The notes beneath the pieces were generated by a model. That model saw nothing but the letters and a program-made list of their open reading frames with translations, ran no database searches and was not told the DNA's origin. The position numbers and the translations under genes are program-made. A DNA stretch of 63,887 nt, the filler included, from Octopus bimaculoides (taxonomy: Eukaryota): NCBI RefSeq assembly GCF_001194135.2. It is 6 parts of 6 records of this genome, joined end to end, with 100 filler letters (N's around TTAATTAATTAA, not from the genome) between each part and the next. Parts side by side here need not be neighbours in the genome. Positions count along the whole stretch, not along the records: positions 59,784 to 63,887 come from NC_068981.1; 5 more parts are not named here. One strand, 5' to 3'. Shown one piece after another: positions 63,101 to 63,887 of this stretch; the stretch's first letter is position 1, and each line of letters starts with the position of its first letter.

Positions 63101-63820
63101 AAAAACACATAAATAGACAACAGAAATACTTCATTAAATTCGAATTAGGGAATGGATTCAAAATCATTTGTGTTCTTGAAATTCATATTCTCATCCATTT
63201 CTTTACTGACGCGAAATGATAAAGCGATTACTTGGATGTCCCTTCCTTCCTTCCTTTATATAATTCTGTATATATTTGCTGTCTTTGCTGATAATTTTGT
63301 TGTTGCTGTTGTTGTTGTTGTCGGTGGTGGTTTTACTGCAATTTTTATATAAATTCGACAACATGAGTGCAGTTTCTTTTTTGTTCTTCTTTGTTTTTCA
63401 AAAGACTTTTAACGACAATAGTTGAGTCGATTAAGACAAAATGAATATCTAATTGCAATAAATGTTAAGGAAATGCAGCTGTCCGTCTTTGGTTTCGCGT
63501 GCAAAAGAAACACTCCTTCCACCCCACCACCCCCACCCCAGAACAAAAATAGATAAATGAATAAAACAGAGATGTACAGATGCAAATGTGCCAACGTTTT
63601 TCTCGAATCGCGTTTAATTTTTGAATTTCATCTAAGAAAACGGTCAATCATTGTGCACCTGTCATATATTAGCAGAGCCGAAATTCAGCGCATTCATATA
63701 TGTAATATACATATGTGTCTACGTACAAATGTATGCGTGTGTATATATATGTATGTATGCATATGGATGTATCGGTATGAATATGTATGTATATATATAA
63801 TGTATATATATGTACATGTA

Positions 63821-63864
<44 letters not shown>

Positions 63865-63887
63865 TGTATATGTGTATATATATATAT

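Overview
AT-rich eukaryotic draft-assembly DNA with many N gaps and microsatellites. The SINE repertoire points to an octopus (inference). Most of the window is intronic or intergenic and packed with transposable elements. The one host gene I can identify is CRHBP (corticotropin-releasing factor-binding protein) on the minus strand: its last two coding exons are 42745-42631 and 40706-40567, and its upstream exons appear to lie outside the window or in gaps. Two weaker minus-strand exon candidates of unknown identity sit at 23.8 and 19.4 kb. Elements present: a Neptune-type Penelope-like element (PLE), a small PLE remnant flanked by inverted pLTRs, a CR1-clade LINE, RTE and RTE-X fragments, two tandem R4/Dong-like elements, a Chapaev3-like DNA transposon, mariner/pogo/hAT MITEs, Helitron-type elements and several tRNA-derived SINE families. 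The most notable signal is a set of seven minimal type I hammerhead-ribozyme motifs, found by eye, in at least four unrelated repeat families. One is a 360-bp tandem retrozyme-like unit whose core carries the compensatory U3:A8 pair (UUGAUAA). Another is a PLE pLTR that joins a tRNA-like Pol III head to a hammerhead. All calls are manual; no database search or folding program was run.
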